Shown piece by piece: positions 31,021 to 39,781 of a DNA stretch of 64,000 nucleotides. How positions within the stretch are numbered: the stretch's first letter is position 1; the number at the start of each line of letters is the position of its first letter. The translations under genes were made by a program, and so were the position numbers. Source of the stretch: Anaerohalosphaeraceae bacterium (GTDB lineage: Bacteria; Planctomycetota; Phycisphaerae; Sedimentisphaerales; Anaerohalosphaeraceae); contig CAXXSL010000020.1 in the NCBI GenBank assembly GCA_963675525.2, positions 64,001 through 128,000 on the forward strand, given 5' to 3'. Below the pieces are notes generated by a model that did no database searches, had not been told where the DNA came from, and saw nothing but the letters and a program-made list of their open reading frames with translations.

Positions 31021-33603
31021 ATGAAATTTGATAAATTTACAGTCAAAGCACAGGAAGCGATGGCAACCAGCCAGCAACTGGCAATGGCGGGCAGTCATAC
31101 CATCGTAACGGCCTTGCACCTTTTGGCGGCCCTGTTACAGGATGAGCAGGGATTGGCTATTATGCTTTTAAAAAAAATCGGCTCCAATGCCGATCGCATC
31201 AAAGAAATGACGGACAGCGAATTGAGCCGTCTGCCAAAGGGACAAATCGGCGGGATGATTATGCCCGACCCGGCTTACAGTCAGGTTGTGCTGGATGCAC
31301 AAAACAAAGCTGACAAAATGGACGACGAATTTTTGAGTATCGAACACCTGCTTATGTCGTTGGCAGACATTAAGAGCGACGCAAAAGAAATTTTAAGCGT
31401 CAATTCCATCTCCGTCGAGCAAATTGCCAAGGCAATTAAAGATTTACGGGGCGATACAAAAGTTACCGATGAGAACCCGGAGAGCAAATACAAAGCTCTG
31501 GAACGCTATGGGATCGATTTAATTGAGATGGCCCGCAAAGGCAAGCTCGATCCCGTCATCGGACGGGACGATGAGATTCGCCGCTGTATGCAGGTCTTAA
31601 ACCGCCGGACAAAAAACAATCCTGTTCTCATCGGCGAACCCGGTGTCGGAAAAACCGCCATCGCCGAAGGCCTGGCCCAACGCATTGTCGCCGGCGATGT
31701 TCCCACCGGCCTAAAAGATAAAAAAGTCATTGCTCTGGATATGGGTGCTTTAATTGCCGGAACAAAATTTCGCGGTGAATTCGAAGACCGCTTCAAAGCC
31801 GTCCTCAAAGAAGTCACCCAATCCGATGGGCAAATTATCCTGTTTATTGACGAACTGCATACCATCGTCGGTGCCGGCAAGGCGGAAGGTTCGGTCGATG
31901 CGGGAAATTTGCTCAAGCCTTCGTTGGCCCGTGGTGAACTTCGCTGCATCGGGGCTACGACGCTGGACGAATACCGCAAGTATGTTGAAAAAGACGCCGC
32001 ACTGGAACGCCGGTTCCAACCGGTTACCATTGACCCGCCGACTGTGGAGGAAACCATTGCGATTCTGCGCGGTTTGAAAGACCGTTATGACGCCCATCAC
32101 GGCGTTCGCATTACCGATGCGGCTCTCGTTGCGGCGGCAACATTGTCCAACCGTTATATTGCGGACCGTTTCCTCCCTGACAAGGCCATCGATTTGATGG
32201 ACGAAGCCGCGTCACGCCTTCGCATTGAGAACGATTCGCTCCCTGCTGAGCTGGATGGGATTCGCCGGGAGATCATGCGGTTGGAGATCGAGCGGGAAGC
32301 GTTGAAAAAGGAAACCGATGCCGCCAGTAAGAAGCAACTGGAAAAATGTGAAAAACAGCTTGCTGAACTTAAATCCAAAGACACGGAATTGTCTGCACGC
32401 TGGGAAAATGAAAAAGGTGAGATCGATAAAGTCAAGTCACTGAAAGAACAAATTAACACGGCTCAGACGGATTTCGAAGATGCTCAACGCAAGGGCGACC
32501 TGGAACGAGCCGCCCGTTTGAAATACGAGACCATTCTCGGCCTGCAAAAAGAACTTTCTGATGCCGAGGAAACCGTCACCAAAGCCAATGGTTCGGCCAT
32601 GATTCACAACGAAGTCAACGAAGAGCACATCGCCCAGGTCGTCAGCAAATGGACCGGCGTCCCGGTCACACGTTTAATGTCCGGCCAGCGAGAACGATTG
32701 ATGCAGATGGAAGACGAAATCCGCACACATGTCGTCGGACAGGACGAAGCCGTCGCTGCTGTTTCGAACGCCGTCCGCCGAAACCGCGCGGGGCTGGGCG
32801 ACCCCAATCGCCCCATCGGAACATTCCTGTTCCTCGGCCCTACCGGTGTTGGTAAAACCGAACTGTCAAAAGCATTGGCTGAGTTCATGTTCAACGACCC
32901 GGCCAGCATGGTGCGCATCGACATGAGCGAATTCATGGAGCAGCACTCGGTTGCCCGGCTCATCGGCGCCCCTCCCGGCTATGTCGGCTACGATGAAGGC
33001 GGCAGGCTCACCGAGGCTGTCCGTCGAAAACCCTATTCGGTCATCCTGTTGGACGAAATCGAAAAAGCGCATCCGGATGTATTCAATGTCCTCTTGCAGG
33101 TCTTTGATGACGGGCGGCTCACGGACGGCAAAGGCCGCACGGTCGATTTCAAAAACACTGTTATCATCATGACCAGCAACTTCGCCGGCCAGCAGATTAT
33201 GAAGCTCAGCGAAGAAAGCGGTGCCGACTGGGAGATTGAAGCCCACGTCAAAGAGGCATTGCGAAAATACTTCAAGCCGGAATTTTTAAACCGCATTGAC
33301 GAGACCGTTATTTTCCACATCCTCAAACGCGAAAATCTTGAGAAGATTGTCGAAATACAACTTGGCTATTTAGCCCTTCGCCTCAAAGAACGACAGTTTG
33401 AAGTAGAATTTACCGATGCCGCGAAAAAACAGCTCATGGATGAAGGTTACGACCCGGCATTCGGCGCCCGCCCGCTCAAGCGCGTCATCCAGCAGCGACT
33501 GGAGAACCCACTGGCAACGGAAATCATCGCCGGAAACTTCGCCGAAGGTGATAAAATTCGTGTCGACGCTGACAGCCACGCATTCACATTCGAAAAAATA
33601 TAG
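31021..33603 (+). CDS. clpB: ATP-dependent chaperone ClpB
   Basis: Two AAA modules ([16 protein letters not shown]), long coiled-coil middle domain, 860 aa. Confidence 0.97.
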   Translation: MKFDKFTVKAQEAMATSQQLAMAGSHTIVTALHLLAALLQDEQGLAIMLLKKIGSNADRIKEMTDSELSRLPKGQIGGMIMPDPAYSQVVLDAQNKADKMDDEFLSIEHLLMSLADIKSDAKEILSVNSISVEQIAKAIKDLRGDTKVTDENPESKYKALERYGIDLIEMARKGKLDPVIGRDDEIRRCMQVLNRRTKNNPVLIGEPGVGKTAIAEGLAQRIVAGDVPTGLKDKKVIALDMGALIAGTKFRGEFEDRFKAVLKEVTQSDGQIILFIDELHTIVGAGKAEGSVDAGNLLKPSLARGELRCIGATTLDEYRKYVEKDAALERRFQPVTIDPPTVEETIAILRGLKDRYDAHHGVRITDAALVAAATLSNRYIADRFLPDKAIDLMDEAASRLRIENDSLPAELDGIRREIMRLEIEREALKKETDAASKKQLEKCEKQLAELKSKDTELSARWENEKGEIDKVKSLKEQINTAQTDFEDAQRKGDLERAARLKYETILGLQKELSDAEETVTKANGSAMIHNEVNEEHIAQVVSKWTGVPVTRLMSGQRERLMQMEDEIRTHVVGQDEAVAAVSNAVRRNRAGLGDPNRPIGTFLFLGPTGVGKTELSKALAEFMFNDPASMVRIDMSEFMEQHSVARLIGAPPGYVGYDEGGRLTEAVRRKPYSVILLDEIEKAHPDVFNVLLQVFDDGRLTDGKGRTVDFKNTVIIMTSNFAGQQIMKLSEESGADWEIEAHVKEALRKYFKPEFLNRIDETVIFHILKRENLEKIVEIQLGYLALRLKERQFEVEFTDAAKKQLMDEGYDPAFGARPLKRVIQQRLENPLATEIIAGNFAEGDKIRVDADSHAFTFEKI

Positions 33604-33703
33604 GTACGCCAGGTGGCATCGCTTCTGGTCGTAGACCAAAGCGATGGGAGCTAGTCGAAAATGTTTTCCTTGCGGACAAATAAACTAATAATAGAATGCT
33701 CGT

Positions 33704-34219
33704 ATGATTTATGCCTATCTGGTCATCCTGATTTTGCTGAACGCCTGCTGGCTGGCGATGGTGTTGTTTACCCTGCCGGGCAACTGGCTGATGGTGATCG
33801 GCACGTATCTGTTCGCCTGGTGGCAATGGGACAATGGTATTTTCGGCTGGCCGTTGTTGGTTACCATCACAATACTGGCACTTATTGCTGAAATCATCGA
33901 GTTCTTTGCCGGTGCCGGCGGCGCGAAAAAAGCCGGGGCAGGCTGGTGGGGAGCTTTGGCAGCGATTGGCGGTGCCATCTTCGGTGCACTGGCCGGAACG
34001 GTCATCATCCCGGTTCCCCTGTTCGGAACCATGCTGGGCGCCTGCTTCGGGGCCGGACTGGCAACCTGGATTGTCGAGCGTATTTCCGGCAAGGAACAGG
34101 AACATTCCGTTCGCTCCGGCGTCGGTGCAGGCAAAGGCGTCCTCATCGGGACACTCAGCAAATTTGCCGTCGGCTGCCTGATCTGGCTGCTGGTCACGAT
34201 TGCGGCTTTCTGGCCGTAA
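33704..34219 (+). CDS. DUF456-like membrane protein
   Basis: LPGNWL, GAKKAGA, Gly-rich TM helices. Confidence 0.8.
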   Translation: MIYAYLVILILLNACWLAMVLFTLPGNWLMVIGTYLFAWWQWDNGIFGWPLLVTITILALIAEIIEFFAGAGGAKKAGAGWWGALAAIGGAIFGALAGTVIIPVPLFGTMLGACFGAGLATWIVERISGKEQEHSVRSGVGAGKGVLIGTLSKFAVGCLIWLLVTIAAFWP

Positions 34220-34288
34220 CCTTTCTTTTTTCTTTCGATTTAAACAATTTCTGCTATAATCCCGCATTATCATTTTTCTGAAAGAACG

Positions 34289-35128
34289 ATGGCTAAGAAT
34301 ACAATCGACATCCTGTTTGAAAACACGAATATCGTGGTGATTAACAAGCCGACGGGCATTTCCGTTACGCCCGACCGCACCGGTGCGCTGGACATCCAGC
34401 AGCTTTTGGCCCAACAACTGACGCTGGCCGAGCCGCTGCGTCTGATCCACCGGTTGGACAAAGACACCTCCGGCGTGATGCTTGTCGCCAAAAACAAACA
34501 GGCCCAAAGCCGCTACAGCCGTCTATTTGCCAAACGGCAGGTCAGCAAACTCTATCTGGCTATTGTCAACGGACCCCTGTCCTATGAACACGGCTCCATC
34601 AAAGACCCCATCGCCCGCAGCAAACGCAACCCGCAGGCCATGCACGTCCACCCGCGTCTGGGCAAACCGGCACATACAGTCTGGAAACAACTGGCCGATT
34701 TCGGGATCATGTCGCTGGTTGCCGCCCAGTTGGTCACCGGTCGAACACACCAGATCCGTATTCATTTTTCACACCGCGGGATGCCGCTGGCGATCGATCC
34801 GGTTTACGGTTCCAGCCAGCCGCTGATGTTGTCATCTTACAAAAACAGCTATCGTCCCAAGCATGATAAAGTTGAGCCGGCAATGATCGACCGCTTGACG
34901 CTGCATGCTTATCAATTGACGATTCCCGTCGGTCCCGAAGAAACACAGGAGATAAAAACGTTTGTTGCTCCGCTGGATAAAAAATTTGCCGCCGCGGTCA
35001 AACTGTTGACCAAGCACACGAAAAAGGACGCAAAAGGATTCAGCGAAGAAACGGATTTTCAGAAAATCCTCGCCGCGGCCCCGCTCGATTACCCGTACAG
35101 TCTTCCGGAGAATGAGAATGATGCATGA
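34289..35128 (+). CDS. RluA-family pseudouridine synthase
   Basis: NKPTG, HRLDKDTSG, TGRTHQIRIH, LHA. Confidence 0.93.
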   Translation: MAKNTIDILFENTNIVVINKPTGISVTPDRTGALDIQQLLAQQLTLAEPLRLIHRLDKDTSGVMLVAKNKQAQSRYSRLFAKRQVSKLYLAIVNGPLSYEHGSIKDPIARSKRNPQAMHVHPRLGKPAHTVWKQLADFGIMSLVAAQLVTGRTHQIRIHFSHRGMPLAIDPVYGSSQPLMLSSYKNSYRPKHDKVEPAMIDRLTLHAYQLTIPVGPEETQEIKTFVAPLDKKFAAAVKLLTKHTKKDAKGFSEETDFQKILAAAPLDYPYSLPENENDA

Positions 35129-35657
35129 CAATGTTTTAGTCAGCGATGAGCAATTAGAGCAAATCGTTTGCGGCCTTGCCGAGGAAGTGTCGTCGGCCTA
35201 TGAAAACACCGACAGTCTGCTCGCACTGGTTCTTCTCGAAGGCGCCAAATACTTTGCCAACGACCTGCTGTCAAAAACGGACTTGCCGTTTGATGTGGAA
35301 TATCTCAAAGTCTCCAGTTATTTCGGCACTGCCTCTACGGGAACAGTCACTCTTGAAGGCCATGACGACTTGCCGGCAAAAGTCAGGAATAAAAACATCC
35401 TTGTCATAGATGATATCTATGATACCGGCCATACGCTCTCCAAACTCCTGGCGTGGTTAAAGCAGTGCGAACCCCAAAGCATAAAAACCTGTGTCTTGCT
35501 GGAAAAACGGATTGATCATGACAAGCAGGTTGTGATCGATTTTCTCGGCACCACAATCGAAGATGTCTTTGTCATCGGCTATGGGATGGACTATGATGAC
35601 CAATACCGCGAATTGCCTTTCATCGCGGAGTTGTCCTCAGAACTCATTGAAGAATGA
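35112..35657 (+). CDS. hpt: Hypoxanthine phosphoribosyltransferase
   Basis: VSSY, VIDDIYDTGHTL, FVIGYGMDY, YRELP; exact start among several nearby ATGs uncertain. Confidence 0.88.
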   Translation: MRMMHDNVLVSDEQLEQIVCGLAEEVSSAYENTDSLLALVLLEGAKYFANDLLSKTDLPFDVEYLKVSSYFGTASTGTVTLEGHDDLPAKVRNKNILVIDDIYDTGHTLSKLLAWLKQCEPQSIKTCVLLEKRIDHDKQVVIDFLGTTIEDVFVIGYGMDYDDQYRELPFIAELSSELIEE

Positions 35658-35663
35658 GGCATC

Positions 35664-36554
35664 CTATAATCCATAAACGCCCAGTTTTCCTGAATCCTGC
35701 ACCGGCGTTGATTGGGTAGGATTCTGCAGCGAGCGATTGTAATAGGGCATGGCTTCATGCAGATTATTTTTGATGTTCTGGATGCGTGTCTCACCGGCCG
35801 GGTGCGTGCTCAAAAATTCCGGCATCTGTGCACCCTCTTTATCAGCCGACATACGCTCCCAGAATCCTACCGCTGCTTCGGGATTATACCCGGCCATCGC
35901 CATAAAGATCAGCCCCAACCGGTCGGCTTCATTTTCATGGGTCCGGCTGTACGGCAGCATAAGTCCGACTGTCGCCCCGATTCCATAAGCGGTCATGAAT
36001 GCTGTCCGCTTGCTGGAGGATTCATCCTTCATCGACTGGTCCAGCGCCACACCGCCGGCCGTTACCAGCAAGGCCTGGCTCATGCGTTCGGAACCGTGCT
36101 TGGCGATCGCGTGCGCGATTTCGTGCCCCATGACAACCGCTAATCCTGCATCGTCCTGCGCGGTTTCCAGAATGCCTGTGTAGACAACCACTTTGCCACC
36201 TGGCATACACCAGGCATTCTTGTCTTCGCTCTCGACCAGGTTGAATTCCCACTTATATCCGGCAATGCGGTCGTTCATATAGTTTTCGTTCATGTACCGT
36301 TCGACCGCATCGGCAATCCGGACTCCAACTCGCTGAACCATTGCCGTCTTTTCGGCATCTGTACTGAGTTGGGTCTCAGGGTTTTTTAAGAAAGCATTGT
36401 ATTCCGACAATGCCATAGAGTTAATAAGCGAATCCGGCAAGAAATTAAGCTGCTTGCGGCCCGTGATCGCCACATTCGTGCACCCCGCCAAAACCATCAT
36501 CAAAAGACACGCTAATATCATGATATGCTGCTGAAGGGTCCGTTTCATTGCCAT
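35664..36554 (-). CDS. M48 family metallopeptidase lipoprotein
   Basis: Lipobox LAGC; NAWCMPGG, HEIAH, YSR..E.EAD, FLSTHP. Confidence 0.93.
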   Translation of the reverse strand: MAMKRTLQQHIMILACLLMMVLAGCTNVAITGRKQLNFLPDSLINSMALSEYNAFLKNPETQLSTDAEKTAMVQRVGVRIADAVERYMNENYMNDRIAGYKWEFNLVESEDKNAWCMPGGKVVVYTGILETAQDDAGLAVVMGHEIAHAIAKHGSERMSQALLVTAGGVALDQSMKDESSSKRTAFMTAYGIGATVGLMLPYSRTHENEADRLGLIFMAMAGYNPEAAVGFWERMSADKEGAQMPEFLSTHPAGETRIQNIKNNLHEAMPYYNRSLQNPTQSTPVQDSGKLGVYGL

Positions 36555-36638
36555 GTTCCTTAAAAAAGGCTATTGTTCTATTGTATCTATCCATTAAACC
36601 CCAAACCGGTTCATTTTAGCAAGTTTTTTTCGCAAAAT

Positions 36639-36668
36639 TATACCAAAACCGCCCCTTAAAGCGTTATA
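36639..36668 (+). promoter_or_regulatory. Putative ECF autoregulatory promoter, cassette 1
   Basis: TATAC-C-AAAA-N13-CGTTATA; same spacing upstream of all three ECF genes. Confidence 0.55.
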
Positions 36669-36689
36669 GTAGCGAAGGCCTTCTTTCTT

Positions 36690-36716
36690 GTCATTCCCGC
36701 GAAGGCGGGAATCCAG
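36690..36716 (+). repeat. GTCATTCCCGC-type REP/dRS3-like palindrome
   Basis: GTCATTCCCGCGAAGGCGGGAATCCAG (ATTCCC-N8-GGGAAT). Confidence 0.75.
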
Positions 36717-36744
36717 ATATTTGGAATCGGAGTACTCAAAGAGG

Positions 36745-37281
36745 ATGCAATCGGATAAAAAATTGATTCAGCAGATGAAAAACGGCGATCAGGACGCCCT
36801 GCGCATTCTCTACCTCCGGCATAAGGACTTCCTGCTGACGTTGGCAAACGCTCTTTTACATGATAGATCCCTGGCCGAAGATGTCCTGCACGATGTATTC
36901 GTTAATTTTACGCGAAACATCGGCGATTTCCATCTGACCAGTAATCTGAAAAGCTATCTGGCGGCGTGCGTTGCCAACAGGGCCAGAAGCCTGCTGCGAA
37001 AACAAAAAATCCATGCGGTGTCAACGGATTTTCAAGTGGAACCGCAGGCATCCCTATTAGATTGTCCGGTCCAGTCGCAGGAAACAGCCGCACAGATTCG
37101 CATGTCTTTGGCAAGTTTGCCGGATGACCAGCGGGAAGTCGTGGTGTTGCGGGTCAAAGCCGGTCTGAAATTCAAAGACATTGCCCGACTTCAGCAGACC
37201 ACGATTCCCACTGTCCAGGGGCGCTATCGCTACGGAATCGATAAACTGCGGTCACTCTTAAACGGAGAACTCGGAAAATGA
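36745..37281 (+). CDS. ECF RNA polymerase sigma factor, cassette 1
   Basis: AEDVLHDVF, LPDDQREVV, FKDIA, TVQGRYRYGIDKLR; start reassigned to MQSDKKL (upstream extension reads through REP). Confidence 0.92.
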   Translation: MQSDKKLIQQMKNGDQDALRILYLRHKDFLLTLANALLHDRSLAEDVLHDVFVNFTRNIGDFHLTSNLKSYLAACVANRARSLLRKQKIHAVSTDFQVEPQASLLDCPVQSQETAAQIRMSLASLPDDQREVVVLRVKAGLKFKDIARLQQTTIPTVQGRYRYGIDKLRSLLNGELGK

Positions 37282-39071
37282 GACCGACAGAGAAAAACAT
37301 AGAAAATCTGATACAAAACCTAAATGACCCAACCCGGCCGGAACTGGACCGGAAGATTTTAGAGGACTGTTTCGCTGAACTGGACAACCAAAAATCTTCA
37401 CCTCCGGTTTCAAGCCCGAATATATGGAGTGTTATCATGCACAATAAAATAACAAAACCAATCGCGGCAGCGATTATTATCATTGCAGGTTTCTTCGTCT
37501 TAACATTGTTCAATAATACAATCCCGAAAGCGTATGCGTTAACAGATACAATCGAAGCATACAAGTCCATTCAATGGCTTCATGTTTCCCTGACCAAAAT
37601 ATTTTCCTGGGGAGAAGAACGAACGACTGAAGTCTGGGTCGAATGTGATAAACAGGGAAATACGACAAGGATACGCGGACAAGTAAGCACCGGAGGTTCT
37701 CTCGTAGGGCCGATCACGATTACCAATAATTTTCAGGACGAAGATGTCTGGCTGCCCCAACACAACCTAAGGTTTCTTGGATACAGCAATCCGGAATCCC
37801 TTTTGCCTTATGACGCTTCAGAACTGGATCCGAAACTGCTTTTTGAAACATTGACTGAGCAAGAAAAACGGGGGCAGGCTATTGTAAACATTAATGAGCC
37901 CCTTGAAAAGTCAGAGCCGATTACGGTTACCGTTACTTATCCGGCCGGAAGTAAGTCTGAAAGTCGGAAAAAGGTCTTTTACATCGATCAAGCCACAAAA
38001 CTGGTCACCCGGATTGACAAATATGAATTGAACGACCAGGAACCGCGTCTTTACCAGACACGGGAGTTCTCTGACTACAATCAACCCATTAATCCGATGA
38101 TGTTCACACTAGATGATGAGATTCCCGAGAATGCACAAACAGTTGATATGACGGGGATGGAAGAAGGGCTGGCCCGGGGGAATATGACCAAAGAGGAAAT
38201 TACGATAGAAGTGACGCGGCAATTCTTCGAAGCGGTCATCACCGGCGATTATGACCGGGCCGGAAAACTTTATTTGGGGGTTCCGGGTATTCTGGTCGAG
38301 AAGGGCTTTATGGACGCTCAGATTTTGAAAATTCTCTCGTTTGGTCCGGTATATCCTGATCCGGACCCGGATTCAAACACAATGATATGCTCATGCAAAC
38401 TCCTGGCCGAATTCGATGGTGATTATTATGAGGCGGATATATATGAAGTGTTTGTAAGGCCGGCCTCCGGTCAGCCGGATAAATGGGTGATTTGCGGAAC
38501 ATCCTCATCGTACGCTCCTGCTTCCGGGTCTGTTATTCTATCACACGATGGAGTCAATCTTGATGCCGTTACGTATCACGGACTTGTGCCGAGAGAATTG
38601 ATGCAAAAGTGGCTGCTTCTTGACGCGATTCGTATCGAGGTACGCGGTGATACACTGTTCCCCTCCGAGGAAACTCAAAAAATCGAGTTTGATACGAACC
38701 AGATCGATGTCAGTCAATTTGAGCCACGGGTCACAATCGGTCAAAAGGATTATCATTGGTCTTTACTTGAGAATGACTATGGTACAATTAATCTTTCCAA
38801 TGTCGATGAAAATTGGTATCTGATTACTTACGCCTGGGCGCAGATTGATATGCCTGAAGAAAAACAGGCTGTCTTGGGTATTGGTTCTGATGACGGAGTT
38901 AAGGTTTGGCTCAACGGCGAGTTGGTGCATGAAAACTGGACTTCTCGCGGTGTAGGAATCGATAATGACCGCGTTCCGGTCACCTTTAAGAAAGGCATGA
39001 ATCAACTTGTCCTTAAAATCCAGAATGGAGGCGGTCCCTGGGGCTTCTGCTGCCGAATGCTGGAAGAATAG
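37278..39071 (+). CDS. Putative membrane anti-sigma factor 1 (TM + LolA-like domain + C-terminal PA14-like domain)
   Basis: ATGA overlap with ECF gene; TM KPIAAAIIII; IDQATKL; GSDDGVKVWLNG. Confidence 0.75.
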   Translation: MRPTEKNIENLIQNLNDPTRPELDRKILEDCFAELDNQKSSPPVSSPNIWSVIMHNKITKPIAAAIIIIAGFFVLTLFNNTIPKAYALTDTIEAYKSIQWLHVSLTKIFSWGEERTTEVWVECDKQGNTTRIRGQVSTGGSLVGPITITNNFQDEDVWLPQHNLRFLGYSNPESLLPYDASELDPKLLFETLTEQEKRGQAIVNINEPLEKSEPITVTVTYPAGSKSESRKKVFYIDQATKLVTRIDKYELNDQEPRLYQTREFSDYNQPINPMMFTLDDEIPENAQTVDMTGMEEGLARGNMTKEEITIEVTRQFFEAVITGDYDRAGKLYLGVPGILVEKGFMDAQILKILSFGPVYPDPDPDSNTMICSCKLLAEFDGDYYEADIYEVFVRPASGQPDKWVICGTSSSYAPASGSVILSHDGVNLDAVTYHGLVPRELMQKWLLLDAIRIEVRGDTLFPSEETQKIEFDTNQIDVSQFEPRVTIGQKDYHWSLLENDYGTINLSNVDENWYLITYAWAQIDMPEEKQAVLGIGSDDGVKVWLNGELVHENWTSRGVGIDNDRVPVTFKKGMNQLVLKIQNGGGPWGFCCRMLEE

Positions 39072-39104
39072 GCGACAAAAACAGAATACATCATTCACTG
39101 ATTC

Positions 39105-39136
39105 AAGCCGGACTTCTCTAAGTCCGGCTTTTTTTT
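39105..39136 (+). terminator. Intrinsic terminator, cassette 1
   Basis: AAGCCGGACTT-CTCT-AAGTCCGGCTT + T run. Confidence 0.88.
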
Positions 39137-39166
39137 GCAAAAAATCTATAAAATATCACTTTGATT

Positions 39167-39196
39167 TAGACTAAAATACCCTTCTGAGATGTTATA
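39167..39196 (+). promoter_or_regulatory. Putative ECF promoter, cassette 2
   Basis: TAGAC-T-AAAA-N13-TGTTATA. Confidence 0.55.
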
Positions 39197-39238
39197 TTGG
39201 CAGCAACAGTTGCTGAGAACTATTTCGATCGGTCAAGT

Positions 39239-39781
39239 ATGTTAGAAGATAAGCGGCTTATTTGGAAAATGAAGCGTGGATGTCCCGAAGCGGGCCTGCA
39301 GATCTACGAGAAATATAAAACTGACCTGCTCAGTTTGGCGGCTGTTCTTTCACATGATAAAAGTATTGCTGAAGACATCGTGCATAGCGTATTTGTCTCT
39401 TTTGCTGATAAAATAGCTGACTTCGAATTGCGAACAAGCTTAAAGAGTTATCTGGCAATCTGTGTTTCAAATCGTGCCCGAAATGCCAACAAGCTCAAAT
39501 TTCGGTCCAATGTAACACTGGACAGCACGATTGAAATGCCATCTCAACAACCCGGACCTGATGATCAGGCAACAAACCGGGAAGATCTGCAACGACTGTC
39601 AGAGTTTATGAAACTGCTGCCCTACGAACAAAAAGAGGTTATTGCGTTGCACTTGAAAAGCGGCATGAAATTCAAAGAAATTGCCAAACTTCAGAATGTT
39701 TCAATCAACACCGTCCAGAGCCGATACCGGTACGGACTGGACAAATTGAAATCCCTTTTTAATGACGAGGTGATTCAATGA
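39239..39781 (+). CDS. ECF sigma factor, cassette 2
   Basis: AEDIVHSVF, LPYEQKEVI, TVQSRYRYGLDKLK; start reassigned to MLEDKRL. Confidence 0.92.
   Translation: MLEDKRLIWKMKRGCPEAGLQIYEKYKTDLLSLAAVLSHDKSIAEDIVHSVFVSFADKIADFELRTSLKSYLAICVSNRARNANKLKFRSNVTLDSTIEMPSQQPGPDDQATNREDLQRLSEFMKLLPYEQKEVIALHLKSGMKFKEIAKLQNVSINTVQSRYRYGLDKLKSLFNDEVIQ

Noticed and set aside
33584..34507. 307-aa minus-strand ORF
   Set aside because: Antisense to the DUF456-like and RluA-family genes; typical GC-rich shadow frame
36688..36744. N-terminal extension MSFPRRRES of ECF sigma 1
   Set aside because: It is the translation of the REP palindrome; paralogs start at the position equivalent to MQSD
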